Source of the DNA: Escherichia coli
GTDB taxonomy: Bacteria; Pseudomonadota; Gammaproteobacteria; Enterobacterales; Enterobacteriaceae
Length of the DNA stretch: 64,000 nucleotides
NCBI RefSeq assembly: GCF_009931435.1
Contig: NZ_CP043414.1
Direction: 5' to 3' (one strand)
In this document: in pieces, positions 14,516 to 23,974 of the stretch
Position numbering within the stretch: the first letter of the stretch is position 1
How the letters are laid out: every line of letters starts with the position of its first letter
Notes under the pieces: model-generated
Databases searched by the model: none
Seen by the model: the letters and a program-made list of their open reading frames with translations, nothing else
What the model was told of the DNA's origin: nothing
Made by a program: the position numbers and the translations under genes

Positions 14516-14744
14516 TCAATACACTCGACAAACGACCATAAATTAATGGGATCACTATTTCTCATTTAATTAAATATATGAATGTATGACTGAAAAATAT
14601 AATCACAGTCAATGTTTAATTAATAACATTATTTGTTACTAAGATCACATAATACTTTCCTGACCTATGCTCTTATAAAAATAAGACACGGTGTTCCTTT
14701 TATTTAAATAATTCAACCAATGTAACAACCCCTATCAAGGAGGG

Positions 14745-16298
14745 ATGATGAGAACTGTATTTACGACTTTATCAGTCATATTCAGCGTGATGTTTTCTCA
14801 CAGTATACTAGCTCAGGACGTTACTATTTATTATACGAATGATATTCACGCACATGTCAATCCGGCAAAAATTCCCGCTGTTGATAAGAACAGACTTGTA
14901 GGTGGTATGGCTAATATTGCAGGCATCGTTAATGAAGCGAAGAAAAAAAACAAAGATGTCTTTTTCTTTGATGCAGGCGACTATTTTACCGGTCCGTATA
15001 TCAGTACCCTGACCAAAGGTGAAGCTATTATTGATATCATGAACACCATGCCCTTTGATGCGGTGTCCGTTGGTAATCACGAGTTCGATCACGGCGTGCC
15101 CAATATGGTATCTCAGTTATCAAAAGCAAAATTCCCCATTCTGCTGGGAAATATTTACTACACCGATACAAATAGACCAGTTTGGGATCATCCGTGGACC
15201 ATTATCGAAAAAGATGGTTTAAAGATTGGTGTGATTGGATTGCATGGTGCATTCGCTTTCTATGATACAGTCGCGGCAAAAGCACGTGAAGGCGTAGAAG
15301 CCAGAGACGAAATTAAATATTTAAATAAAGCACTTGCAGAATTAAAAGGTAAAGTCGACATTACCGTTTTGCTAATTCACGAAGGTGTTCCGGCGCGTCA
15401 ATCAAGCTTTGGTAGTAAAGATGTGGAGCGGCTACTACAGGCAGATATTGAGACAGCTAAAAAAGTGAATGGTGTTGATGTCTTAATTACCGGTCACGCA
15501 CATGTCGGAACACCGCAACCAATAAAAGTTAATAACACATTAATTGTATCTACCGATGCATACGGCACCGACATCGGAAAACTTGTGCTTGATTACAATC
15601 CGAAAACAAAGAAAATTGATAGTTATAATGGTGAGTTAATCACCATCTTTGCAGATCAATTTAAACCTGACACCATCGTTCAAAATACTATCGATAAATG
15701 GAGCGTAAAGCTTAACAAAATCACACAGGAAGTTGTCGGCCATTCTCCCGTAGTTTTAACACGTGAGTATGGCAGTTCTTCTTCTACCGGTAACCTTATT
15801 CTGGATGCAATGATGGAAAAAGCACCTGATGCCATTGCCGGATTTCAAAATAGCGGTGGGATGCGAGCTGATTTTCCTAAAGGTGATATCACACTGGGAG
15901 ATGTTATTAGCACATTCCCCTTTAATAATGACCTCATCGAGATGGATTTGACGGGCCGCGATCTCAAATCATTGATGACGCATGCAACCAATCTAACTAA
16001 CGGTGTGTTACAGGTTTCAAAAAGCGTTGCGGTTGTCTATGACAGCAAAAAACCACTCAACCAGCGGTTAATCTCTTTCACCATTAACGGCAAACCCGTG
16101 GAAGATAATCAAACATATCGTATTGCCACGCACTCCTTTTGTGCCAGTGGTGGTGACGGTTTTGAAGCATTTTTGAATGGAAAAAATGTGAAGACGATAC
16201 CGGGAACAACCTCGGCGGAATCTATCATCGATTATTTCAAAAATCATAAACCTGTCACCCCAGACTTAACTAAACGAGTCATGGACGTCGCCAAATAA
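14745..16298 (+). CDS. Secreted metallophosphatase/5'-nucleotidase family protein (paralog B)
   Basis: 517 aa; signal peptide; same metallophosphatase motif set as paralog A but most divergent of the three. Confidence 0.8.
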   Translation: MMRTVFTTLSVIFSVMFSHSILAQDVTIYYTNDIHAHVNPAKIPAVDKNRLVGGMANIAGIVNEAKKKNKDVFFFDAGDYFTGPYISTLTKGEAIIDIMNTMPFDAVSVGNHEFDHGVPNMVSQLSKAKFPILLGNIYYTDTNRPVWDHPWTIIEKDGLKIGVIGLHGAFAFYDTVAAKAREGVEARDEIKYLNKALAELKGKVDITVLLIHEGVPARQSSFGSKDVERLLQADIETAKKVNGVDVLITGHAHVGTPQPIKVNNTLIVSTDAYGTDIGKLVLDYNPKTKKIDSYNGELITIFADQFKPDTIVQNTIDKWSVKLNKITQEVVGHSPVVLTREYGSSSSTGNLILDAMMEKAPDAIAGFQNSGGMRADFPKGDITLGDVISTFPFNNDLIEMDLTGRDLKSLMTHATNLTNGVLQVSKSVAVVYDSKKPLNQRLISFTINGKPVEDNQTYRIATHSFCASGGDGFEAFLNGKNVKTIPGTTSAESIIDYFKNHKPVTPDLTKRVMDVAK

Positions 16299-16332
16299 AA
16301 TATCATTTATCAGTCTATTTATTTAACAAGGA

Positions 16333-17958
16333 ATGCGAATGAAAACAGTGCAGCGTACTTTACTTGCCGCAACATTGCTGACTATTTTTTCGGTTTCAGT
16401 CATGGCGCAGGATGTCACGATTATTTATACAAATGATCTTCACGCTCATGTGGATTCTTATAAAGTGCCGTATATCGCAGACGGAAAACGCGACATTGGC
16501 GGCTTTGCCAATATATCTACTTTAGTAAAACAAGAGAAAGCGAAAAATAAAGCCACCTTTTATTTTGATGCTGGAGACTATTTCACCGGCCCTTATATCA
16601 GCAGTCTGACAAAGGGCGAAGCAATAATTGACATTATGAATACCATGCCTTTTGACGCAGTATCAATCGGTAATCATGAGTTTGACCATGGCTGGGATAA
16701 TGCCCTGCGACAATTAAGCAAAGCGAATTTTCCTGTTTTATTGGGCAATGTTTATCATAAAGAGAGTGAGAAACCCTTCTGGAACAAGCCCTACACCATC
16801 CTGGAAAAAGATGGCATCAAGATTGGTATTATTGGGCTACACGGCGTATTTGCATTTAATGATACGGTCTCGGAGCTCTCTCTCCAGGGACTCGATAATG
16901 ACAATAATAACCGCTTTGATAAATCTTCCGAGACCCTTAAGAATCAGGGGATTGAAGCACGTGATGAAGTGAAGTATTTGCAACATTATATCGACGAGTT
17001 ACGTGATAAGGTTGACCTCACTGTGGCGCTGGTTCATGAAGGCGTTCCGGCGCGTCAGTCCAGCATTGGCAATACAGATGTTAGACGCGCTCTTGATAAA
17101 GATATTCAAACCGCTAGCAAGGTGAAAGGATTGGATATTCTGATTACCGGGCATGCCCACGTCGGAACGCCAGAACCAATCAAAGTCGGCAACACCTTAA
17201 TCCTTTCAACTGATAGTGGCGGTATCGATATTGGTAAATTAGTCCTTGATGTCAACCCTACAGCTCGTACCCATAAAATGAAGAGCTTTGAGCTGAAAAC
17301 AGTTTATGCCGATGAATGGATACCCGATCCAACGACACAAAAAGTTATCAATGGCTGGAATAAAAAACTGGCGGATATTGTACGCCAACCAGTGGGTGAA
17401 TCATCGATTGCATTAACTCGCGCCTATGGTGAGTCATCGCAACTAGGCAACCTGTTTACCGATGCAATGCTTGTCGCTGCTCCGACTGCACAGATTGCAT
17501 TGATAAACTCCGGCAGCTTACGTGCGGATATAAATGCAGGCACGATTACCTTTGGCGACATTACCAGTACATTCCCCTTCAAGAATGAACTTACTGAAAT
17601 GGATCTCAGCGGTAAGGATCTGCGTAACCTACTGGAACACGGGGCATCGCTTACCAATGGCATCCTGCAAATGTCAAAAGGCGCAGAAATGCGCTATACC
17701 CCGCAGAAACCAGTAGGTCAGCGCATAGTATCTTTTAAAATTAATAGTGAAGAGATCGTTGATACGAATATTTACCATGTTGCAACAACGACTTTCCTTG
17801 CACTGGGGGGCGATGGTTTTCTGGCATTCAAAGAAGGGAAAAATGTTCAGGTCCGCGCCGGAAATAACATGTCCGATGTCGTGATCGATTATTTGAAGAA
17901 AGGCCACAAGATTACGCCTGCACAGGTAAATGAAATGCGGGTGGACGTTAGCAAATAA
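16333..17958 (+). CDS. Secreted metallophosphatase/5'-nucleotidase family protein (paralog C)
   Basis: 541 aa; closely related to paralog A over most of its length, with a 20-aa insertion (ELSLQGLDNDNNNRFDKSSE...). Confidence 0.8.
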   Translation: MRMKTVQRTLLAATLLTIFSVSVMAQDVTIIYTNDLHAHVDSYKVPYIADGKRDIGGFANISTLVKQEKAKNKATFYFDAGDYFTGPYISSLTKGEAIIDIMNTMPFDAVSIGNHEFDHGWDNALRQLSKANFPVLLGNVYHKESEKPFWNKPYTILEKDGIKIGIIGLHGVFAFNDTVSELSLQGLDNDNNNRFDKSSETLKNQGIEARDEVKYLQHYIDELRDKVDLTVALVHEGVPARQSSIGNTDVRRALDKDIQTASKVKGLDILITGHAHVGTPEPIKVGNTLILSTDSGGIDIGKLVLDVNPTARTHKMKSFELKTVYADEWIPDPTTQKVINGWNKKLADIVRQPVGESSIALTRAYGESSQLGNLFTDAMLVAAPTAQIALINSGSLRADINAGTITFGDITSTFPFKNELTEMDLSGKDLRNLLEHGASLTNGILQMSKGAEMRYTPQKPVGQRIVSFKINSEEIVDTNIYHVATTTFLALGGDGFLAFKEGKNVQVRAGNNMSDVVIDYLKKGHKITPAQVNEMRVDVSK

Positions 17959-17970
17959 TAAAAAAATTAT

Positions 17971-18007
17971 AATGCCATTCATTCACTGAATGGCATTATT
18001 TTTCTCT
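17971..18007 (+). terminator. Hairpin plus T-run between nucleotidase C and the tsx-like gene
   Basis: AATGCCATTCA-TTCAC-TGAATGGCATT followed by ATTTTTCTC. Confidence 0.45.
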
Positions 18008-18036
18008 AAATCAACAATAGATAATGAGATATATTT

Positions 18037-18897
18037 ATGTGTATAAAAAAGCACGGGATAGCTTTATCGATTCTATTAATACCTTGCATTGGAAACGCTC
18101 AGGAAATTAAAAGTGAGGAAGGCTGGTTACATCAAAGCTTGAATGTCATTGGTCGCACAGACTCTCGCTTTGGCCCAAGGCTGACTAACGACCTCTACCC
18201 TGAATATACTGTAGCAGGAAGAAAAGACTGGTTTGATTTTTATGGTTATGTTGATCTACCAAAATTCTTTGGCGTCGGCAGTCACTATGATGTTGGGATC
18301 TGGGATGAGGGCTCACCACTATTTACGGAAATAGAACCTCGGTTTTCCATTGACAAATTGACCGGATTAAATCTTGCGTTCGGCCCTTTTAAAGAATGGT
18401 TCATTGCAAACAACTATGTCTATGATATGGGTGACAACCAGTCATCCCGGCAAAGTACATGGTATATGGGGCTTGGTACAGATATCGACACGGGTCTACC
18501 AATTAAGCTTTCTGCCAATATATACGCCAAGTATCAGTGGCAAAACTATGGTGCCGCTAATGAAAATGAATGGGACGGATATCGATTCAAAATAAAATAT
18601 AGCATTCCTCTTACCCATTTATTCGGAGGGCGATTGGTATACAATAGTTTTACTAACTTTGATTTTGGCTCCGATCTTGCGGACAAATCACACAATAATA
18701 AACGAACCAGTAATGCTATTGCTTCAAGCCATATCCTTTCCCTGCTATATGAACACTGGAAATTTGCATTTACACTACGTTATTTTCACAACGGTGGACA
18801 ATGGAATGCTGGGGAGAAAGTTAACTTCGGAGATGGTCCATTTGAATTAAAAAACACAGGATGGGGAACCTATACTACTATTGGTTATCAATTTTAA
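18037..18897 (+). CDS. Tsx-family nucleoside-specific outer-membrane channel paralog
   Basis: 286 aa; signal peptide; long collinear similarity to E. coli Tsx ([72 protein letters not shown]-terminal GY-F). Confidence 0.85.
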   Translation: MCIKKHGIALSILLIPCIGNAQEIKSEEGWLHQSLNVIGRTDSRFGPRLTNDLYPEYTVAGRKDWFDFYGYVDLPKFFGVGSHYDVGIWDEGSPLFTEIEPRFSIDKLTGLNLAFGPFKEWFIANNYVYDMGDNQSSRQSTWYMGLGTDIDTGLPIKLSANIYAKYQWQNYGAANENEWDGYRFKIKYSIPLTHLFGGRLVYNSFTNFDFGSDLADKSHNNKRTSNAIASSHILSLLYEHWKFAFTLRYFHNGGQWNAGEKVNFGDGPFELKNTGWGTYTTIGYQF

Positions 18898-19078
18898 ATC
18901 AGGTGATGTTTTAGATATTTTTACTTAATGCCATTTTGTAATTGTCATAAATAACTTCACCATTCACACTGTGAATTCATCGCTCAACACAAAAGCCCCC
19001 TTATTACCGGGGCACTGACCAAAGGCAAAATGACAATCAATCACCACCTCCGCAGGAGGTGGTTTAGAGGTGACAACA

Positions 19079-19104
19079 AAAGCTGGCAACTGCCAGCTTT
19101 TGTT
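19079..19104. terminator. Symmetric, bidirectional-type hairpin downstream of metL
   Basis: AAAAGCTGGCA-ACT-GCCAGCTTTT with U-tracts on both strands, immediately 3' of the metL stop. Confidence 0.55.
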
Positions 19105-19113
19105 CAATAATCA

Positions 19114-21546
19114 CTACAACAACTGCGCCAGACGGTTAATATCCGACTGAATCGCCCCGGCGGTGACGTCGCGCCCTGCGCCTGGCCCACGGATCACCAG
19201 CGGGTTGTCGCGATACCAGCGGCTTTCGATGGCAAAGACGTTATCGCACGGTAGTAGTGATGCCAGCGGATGGTCTTCTCGCACCGCTTCCACGCCTACT
19301 CGCGCTTTGCCGTTAGCATCGAAACGCGCCACGTAGCGCAACACCAGCCCCATTTCACGGGCCGCTTCCAACCGTTGTACCATCTGCTCATTAAGTTCAT
19401 CGCCATTTTCAAAGAAATGGTCGATGCTGCCACCTTCGCAATGGGTTGGCACCAGTGATTCAACACGCACCTGGTCCGGTTCAATGTTGTAACCCGCTTC
19501 ACGCGCCAGAATCACCAGCTTGCGCATCACGTCTTTGCCGGAGAGGTCATCACGCGGGTCAGGTTCAGTTAAGCCCTGCTGCCACGCCTGATCCACCAGC
19601 TCGGTAAACGGCACGCTACCGTCGAATTGCAGGAACAGCCAGGAGAGCGTGCCGGAGAAGATCCCGCTGATCGACAAAATAGTGTCGCCGCTGTCGATCA
19701 GATCGCGCACGGTATGGTTGATCGGCAAACCTGCGCCGACGGTGGCGTTGTATAGCCAGTGACGCCCGGTTTTTTCGAACGCGTCGTGGATCTGTCGATA
19801 TTTATTGCTGTCGCTGGCTCCCGCCAGTTTGTTGGCACTGATGACGTGGAAACCGTGGCTGGCGAAATCGAGATACTGATCAGCAAGCTGCTGGCTGGCA
19901 GTAACGTCCAGCACAACTAAATCATCATACGGATGGGCACGCATCCACAGGAACAGCGACTCTTCATCCTGTTCGACGGCTTCATCATTAAAGAAGGCTA
20001 GCGCACGGCTGGCGTCCAGCCCGTCATAGCTCAACAGGCTGCGACGGCTGTCCACCACGCCTGCCAGCACAAATTCAAAGCCGGTGCGCGCCGAGAGTGT
20101 ACTCTGCTCACGGGCGAACAGTTCCAGCCAGCGGGAACCGATATTGCCCTTACCGAACAATACCAGGCCGATGCGTTTTTCTGCGCGGAAGACGGACTGA
20201 TGCAGCCCCTGAATCAGGCTTTCGGTCGGGCCGGTGCGCAGTACTGCCACCAGGCTGATGCCGTCATCGGACTGCCAGGTAAACTCGACCGGCTGGCCTT
20301 TCAGTTGCTGCCAGAAGCGGTGGCAATGCAGCGGGTTACGGGTGACGCCCGCCCCAACCATCGCCACCAGCGCCAGCCCCTGACGCAGACGCAGTTCGCC
20401 GGGTAATCCTGCTTCGTCGAGGATTTTCAGCGCACTGTCGGCCACTTCCGAGGTGTAGCAAAATTGCAGCAACTGGCGATCGTTATGCACGCCAACTGCC
20501 AGTGGGCGCACCTGAGCACGTTTCAGGATTTGGTCGATCTCTTTATGCGCCAGTTTAAAATCCTGACTGGCGGGCACCTGAAACTCAATCAAACAGACAT
20601 CATCGTGGCTGGTGACAATACGCGCGCCAGTACCTGAGGCCAGCACGCGTTCAATGCGCGTGGAACCTTGATCCGGCGTGTAGCTACAGCGCAGCTGCAG
20701 GTCGATTTCGCTGCCAGAAACTGGCTGTAAAGTACGGGCGTGAAGAACGGGGGCCGCCAGACGCGCCAGTTCGCTGGCTTCATCCAGACGCAGCAACGGC
20801 AGCAGGCAGGCGTCTTTCACTTTACGCGGGTCGGCGCTATATACCCCGGCGACATCGCTCCAGATGGTTACGCGGGAAACTCCCGCCAGCGCACCGATTT
20901 GTGTCGCGGAATAGTCGGAACCGTTACGCCCCAGCAGCACCGTTTCACCGGCGTTGTTACGGCTGATAAACCCGGTCACCACCAGACGTTTGCCCGGATG
21001 TTGTACCAGTAGCTGTTGCAGCAACGGGTAAGAAAGCCCTTCATCAACCTGCGGCTGCGCGGCGCGTTCAGCGCGTAAAAACTCGCGGGCATCAAGCCAG
21101 GCCGCTGGCAGCCCTTGTTGATTAAGTACCGCAGACATCAGGCGCGCCGACCACACTTCACCGTGGCCCACCACTTCCGCATACACCGCATCGTTAATAC
21201 CGCTGTCGAGCAGCGCCGCCAGGCGTTCCAGATCGCTGACAAAAGCGCTAATGAGGCTATCGGCTTCTTCAGCGGGTAGCAGGCCGCTAATCAGATCGCA
21301 CTGATAGCGACGCAGCGTTTGTTGAACCTGATGCGCAGAGAGACGATCGGTCTGGCTTAGTTTCAACCAGTTAATCAACTGGTTAGTGGTGCTACCGGCG
21401 GCGGAAACCACCATCATATCGTCAGGCTGAGAGTACTCCGCCATAATGCCCGCGACACGCAAATAACACTTCACATCAGCCAGACTACTGCCACCAAATT
21501 TATGCAGTTGACGACCTTTCGCCCCTGCCTGCGCAATCACACTCAT
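19114..21546 (-). CDS. metL: Bifunctional aspartokinase II / homoserine dehydrogenase II
   Basis: 810-aa ORF; start overlaps metB stop region (operon metBL). Confidence 0.95.
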   Translation of the reverse strand: MSVIAQAGAKGRQLHKFGGSSLADVKCYLRVAGIMAEYSQPDDMMVVSAAGSTTNQLINWLKLSQTDRLSAHQVQQTLRRYQCDLISGLLPAEEADSLISAFVSDLERLAALLDSGINDAVYAEVVGHGEVWSARLMSAVLNQQGLPAAWLDAREFLRAERAAQPQVDEGLSYPLLQQLLVQHPGKRLVVTGFISRNNAGETVLLGRNGSDYSATQIGALAGVSRVTIWSDVAGVYSADPRKVKDACLLPLLRLDEASELARLAAPVLHARTLQPVSGSEIDLQLRCSYTPDQGSTRIERVLASGTGARIVTSHDDVCLIEFQVPASQDFKLAHKEIDQILKRAQVRPLAVGVHNDRQLLQFCYTSEVADSALKILDEAGLPGELRLRQGLALVAMVGAGVTRNPLHCHRFWQQLKGQPVEFTWQSDDGISLVAVLRTGPTESLIQGLHQSVFRAEKRIGLVLFGKGNIGSRWLELFAREQSTLSARTGFEFVLAGVVDSRRSLLSYDGLDASRALAFFNDEAVEQDEESLFLWMRAHPYDDLVVLDVTASQQLADQYLDFASHGFHVISANKLAGASDSNKYRQIHDAFEKTGRHWLYNATVGAGLPINHTVRDLIDSGDTILSISGIFSGTLSWLFLQFDGSVPFTELVDQAWQQGLTEPDPRDDLSGKDVMRKLVILAREAGYNIEPDQVRVESLVPTHCEGGSIDHFFENGDELNEQMVQRLEAAREMGLVLRYVARFDANGKARVGVEAVREDHPLASLLPCDNVFAIESRWYRDNPLVIRGPGAGRDVTAGAIQSDINRLAQLL

Positions 21547-21548
21547 TT

Positions 21549-22709
21549 TTACCCCTTGTTTGCAGCCCGGAAGCCATTTTCCAGGTCGGCAATTAAATCT
21601 TCGCCATCTTCAATACCGGTGGAGATACGCAGCAGCGTCTCGGAGATCCCGGCGGCAGCACGCGCTTCTGGTGCCATGCCTGCATGTGTCATGGTTGCGG
21701 CGTGAGAGATTAAACTTTCCACTCCCCCTAATGATTCCGCCAGCGTAAACAACGACACCCCGCCCAGGAAACGACGCAGCGTCTGCTCATCGCCATCCAG
21801 TTCAAAACTCAACATTGCGCCAAAGCCTTTTTGCTGGCGCGCGGCAATTTCATGCCCCTGATTTTCCGGCAGCGACGGGTGATACAGTTTTTTCACTAAC
21901 GGCTGGGTTTGCAGATATTTCACTATCGCCTGCGCGTTGCGCTGCGCCAGCTCCATACGCGGCACCAGCGTTCGCAAACCGCGCAGCAACAAATAACTGT
22001 CAAACGCGCCGCCCGTCACGCCAATATTGTTTGCCCACCAGGCCAGTTCGGTGACAACGTCCGGGTCTTTAGCAATCACCACGCCAGCCACTACATCTGA
22101 GTGACCGTTCAGATATTTCGTACATGAATGCAACACCAGATCGGCACCTAATGCCAGTGGATTTTGTAATGCCGGGCTTAAGAAGGTGTTATCCACCACG
22201 CTCACCGCCCCAACTTCCCTTGCCAGATGGCAGATTTTCGCAATATCCACGACGCGTAACAATGGATTACTGGGGCTTTCTACCAGTACCAGTTTGGGTT
22301 TTTCTGCCAGCGCCGCCCGTAATGCCTGTTCATCGCCCTGATCAACAAACAACACGCGATAGCAACCACGTTTCGCCAGGCTGTCGAACAGGCGATAGCT
22401 GCCGCCATAGCAGTCGTGCGGCGCAACCAGCAGATCGCCAGGTTTCAAAAAGACGGTCGTTACCAGGTGGATCGCGGACATGCCGGTATTAGTAAGTACT
22501 GCACCAGCACCGCCTTCCAGTTCAGCCAGCGCACGCTGAACCACATCGCGCGTTGGGTTGCCGCGACGCGAGTAATCATGCGCGCGCGGTTCATTAAATC
22601 CGGTAAAGTTATAGGTGCTGGAAAGATGGATTGGAGGGACAACGCAACCATACTGTTCGTCGTCATTTAACCCGCTACGCACTGCGATGGTGGCCTGTTT
22701 ACGCGTCAT
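21549..22709 (-). CDS. metB: Cystathionine gamma-synthase
   Basis: Internal start MTRKQATIAVRSGLNDDEQYG at 22709 gives 386 aa; the longer 445-aa ORF-track extension is rejected. Confidence 0.95.
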   Translation of the reverse strand: MTRKQATIAVRSGLNDDEQYGCVVPPIHLSSTYNFTGFNEPRAHDYSRRGNPTRDVVQRALAELEGGAGAVLTNTGMSAIHLVTTVFLKPGDLLVAPHDCYGGSYRLFDSLAKRGCYRVLFVDQGDEQALRAALAEKPKLVLVESPSNPLLRVVDIAKICHLAREVGAVSVVDNTFLSPALQNPLALGADLVLHSCTKYLNGHSDVVAGVVIAKDPDVVTELAWWANNIGVTGGAFDSYLLLRGLRTLVPRMELAQRNAQAIVKYLQTQPLVKKLYHPSLPENQGHEIAARQQKGFGAMLSFELDGDEQTLRRFLGGVSLFTLAESLGGVESLISHAATMTHAGMAPEARAAAGISETLLRISTGIEDGEDLIADLENGFRAANKG

Positions 22710-22772
22710 GTGATGAAGTTCCCTGGGCTTGGTCGGTGAAATGTCAGGCACCAGAGTAAACATTGTGTTAAT

Positions 22773-22808
22773 GGACGTCAATACATCTGGACATCTAAAC
22801 TTCTTTGC
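22773..22808. promoter_or_regulatory. MetJ operator (tandem met boxes) in metB/metJ divergent promoter region
   Basis: GGACGTCA ATACATCT GGACATCT AAACTTCT, four tandem 8-bp met-box-like repeats. Confidence 0.6.
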
Positions 22809-22985
22809 GTATAGATTGAGCAAATCCCAAATAGCCGTTAAAATTATATGCATTATCACGCCGACAGGTGCATTACACGATGTCACGGTAACGCCTGTAC
22901 GGTAAACTATGCGGGTTTACGGTCAGTACCCACATAAATTGTGTGGTCTGGTCTCAATTTATTGACGAAGAGGATTAAGTATCTC

Positions 22986-23303
22986 ATGGCTGAATGGAGC
23001 GGCGAATATATCAGCCCATACGCTGAGCACGGCAAGAAGAGTGAACAAGTCAAAAAGATTACGGTTTCCATTCCTCTTAAGGTGTTAAAAATCCTCACCG
23101 ATGAACGCACGCGTCGTCAGGTGAACAACCTGCGTCACGCTACCAACAGCGAGCTGCTGTGCGAAGCGTTTCTGCATGCCTTTACCGGGCAACCTCTGCC
23201 GGATGATGCCGACCTGCGTAAAGAGCGCAGTGACGAAATCCCGGAAGCGGCAAAAGAGATCATGCGTGAGATGGGGATTAACCCGGAAACGTGGGAATAC
23301 TAA
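22986..23303 (+). CDS. metJ: Methionine repressor
   Basis: Start [35 protein letters not shown]; 105 aa. Confidence 0.95.
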
Positions 23304-23362
23304 AGCGGAAAAGAGCGGCGCGGAGTTAACCAGCCGCTTTTTTCATACATGGACGTTTAACT

Positions 23363-23971
23363 ATGAAATACAGGCTACTGATCCTCAGCCTGCTGGTTTC
23401 TGTGCCTGCCCTTGCCTGGCAGCCGGAAACTGGCGACATCATCTTTCAGATCTCTCGCTCATCGCAAAGTAAAGCAATCCAACTGGCGACCCATTCCGAT
23501 TACAGCCACACCGGTATGCTGGTGATGCGTAACAAAAAGCCCTACGTTTTTGAAGCGGTCGGCCCGGTGAAATACACCCCGCTCAAGCAGTGGATCGCCC
23601 ATGGTGAAAAGGGCAAATACGTTGTTCGCCGCGTTGAAGGCGGACTGAGTGTTGAACAACAGCAAAAACTGGCGCAAACGGCAAAACGTTATCTCGGAAA
23701 ACCGTACGATTTCAGCTTCTCATGGAGCGACGATCGCCAGTACTGTTCGGAAGTGGTGTGGAAGGTTTACCAGAATGCGCTGGGGATGCGCGTGGGTGAA
23801 CAGCAAAAACTGAAAGAGTTCGATCTCAGCAACCCGCTGGTTCAGGCGAAGCTCAAAGAACGTTACGGGAAAAATATTCCGCTTGAGGAAACGGTGGTCT
23901 CGCCACAAGCCGTTTTCGATGCGCCACAACTCACCACAGTCGCCAAAGAATGGCCGCTGTTTTCGTGGTAA
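23363..23971 (+). CDS. yiiX: Putative lipid-binding hydrolase (permuted papain-like family)
   Basis: 202-aa ORF with signal peptide; synteny next to metJ. Confidence 0.88.
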   Translation: MKYRLLILSLLVSVPALAWQPETGDIIFQISRSSQSKAIQLATHSDYSHTGMLVMRNKKPYVFEAVGPVKYTPLKQWIAHGEKGKYVVRRVEGGLSVEQQQKLAQTAKRYLGKPYDFSFSWSDDRQYCSEVVWKVYQNALGMRVGEQQKLKEFDLSNPLVQAKLKERYGKNIPLEETVVSPQAVFDAPQLTTVAKEWPLFSW

Positions 23972-23974
23972 TGG

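Noticed and set aside
11400-19113. Possibility that the metF-metL island is a prophage or integrative element
   Set aside because: No integrase, recombinase, tRNA attachment site or phage structural genes are seen. The content is metabolic and transport genes only. Flanking direct repeats were not identified by eye.
22710-22886. N-terminal extension of metB (445-aa ORF-track version); similar upstream extensions for pfkA (352 aa), cdh (315 aa), priA (756 aa), glpK (537 aa), glpX (387 aa), gldA (385 aa)
   Set aside because: Internal ATG codons give the known protein N-termini and lengths. The extensions run through promoter or operator DNA (met boxes for metB) or REP elements.
23176-23472. 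98-aa plus-strand ORF spanning the metJ 3' end and yiiX 5' end
   Set aside because: It is out of frame with and overlaps two well-supported genes.
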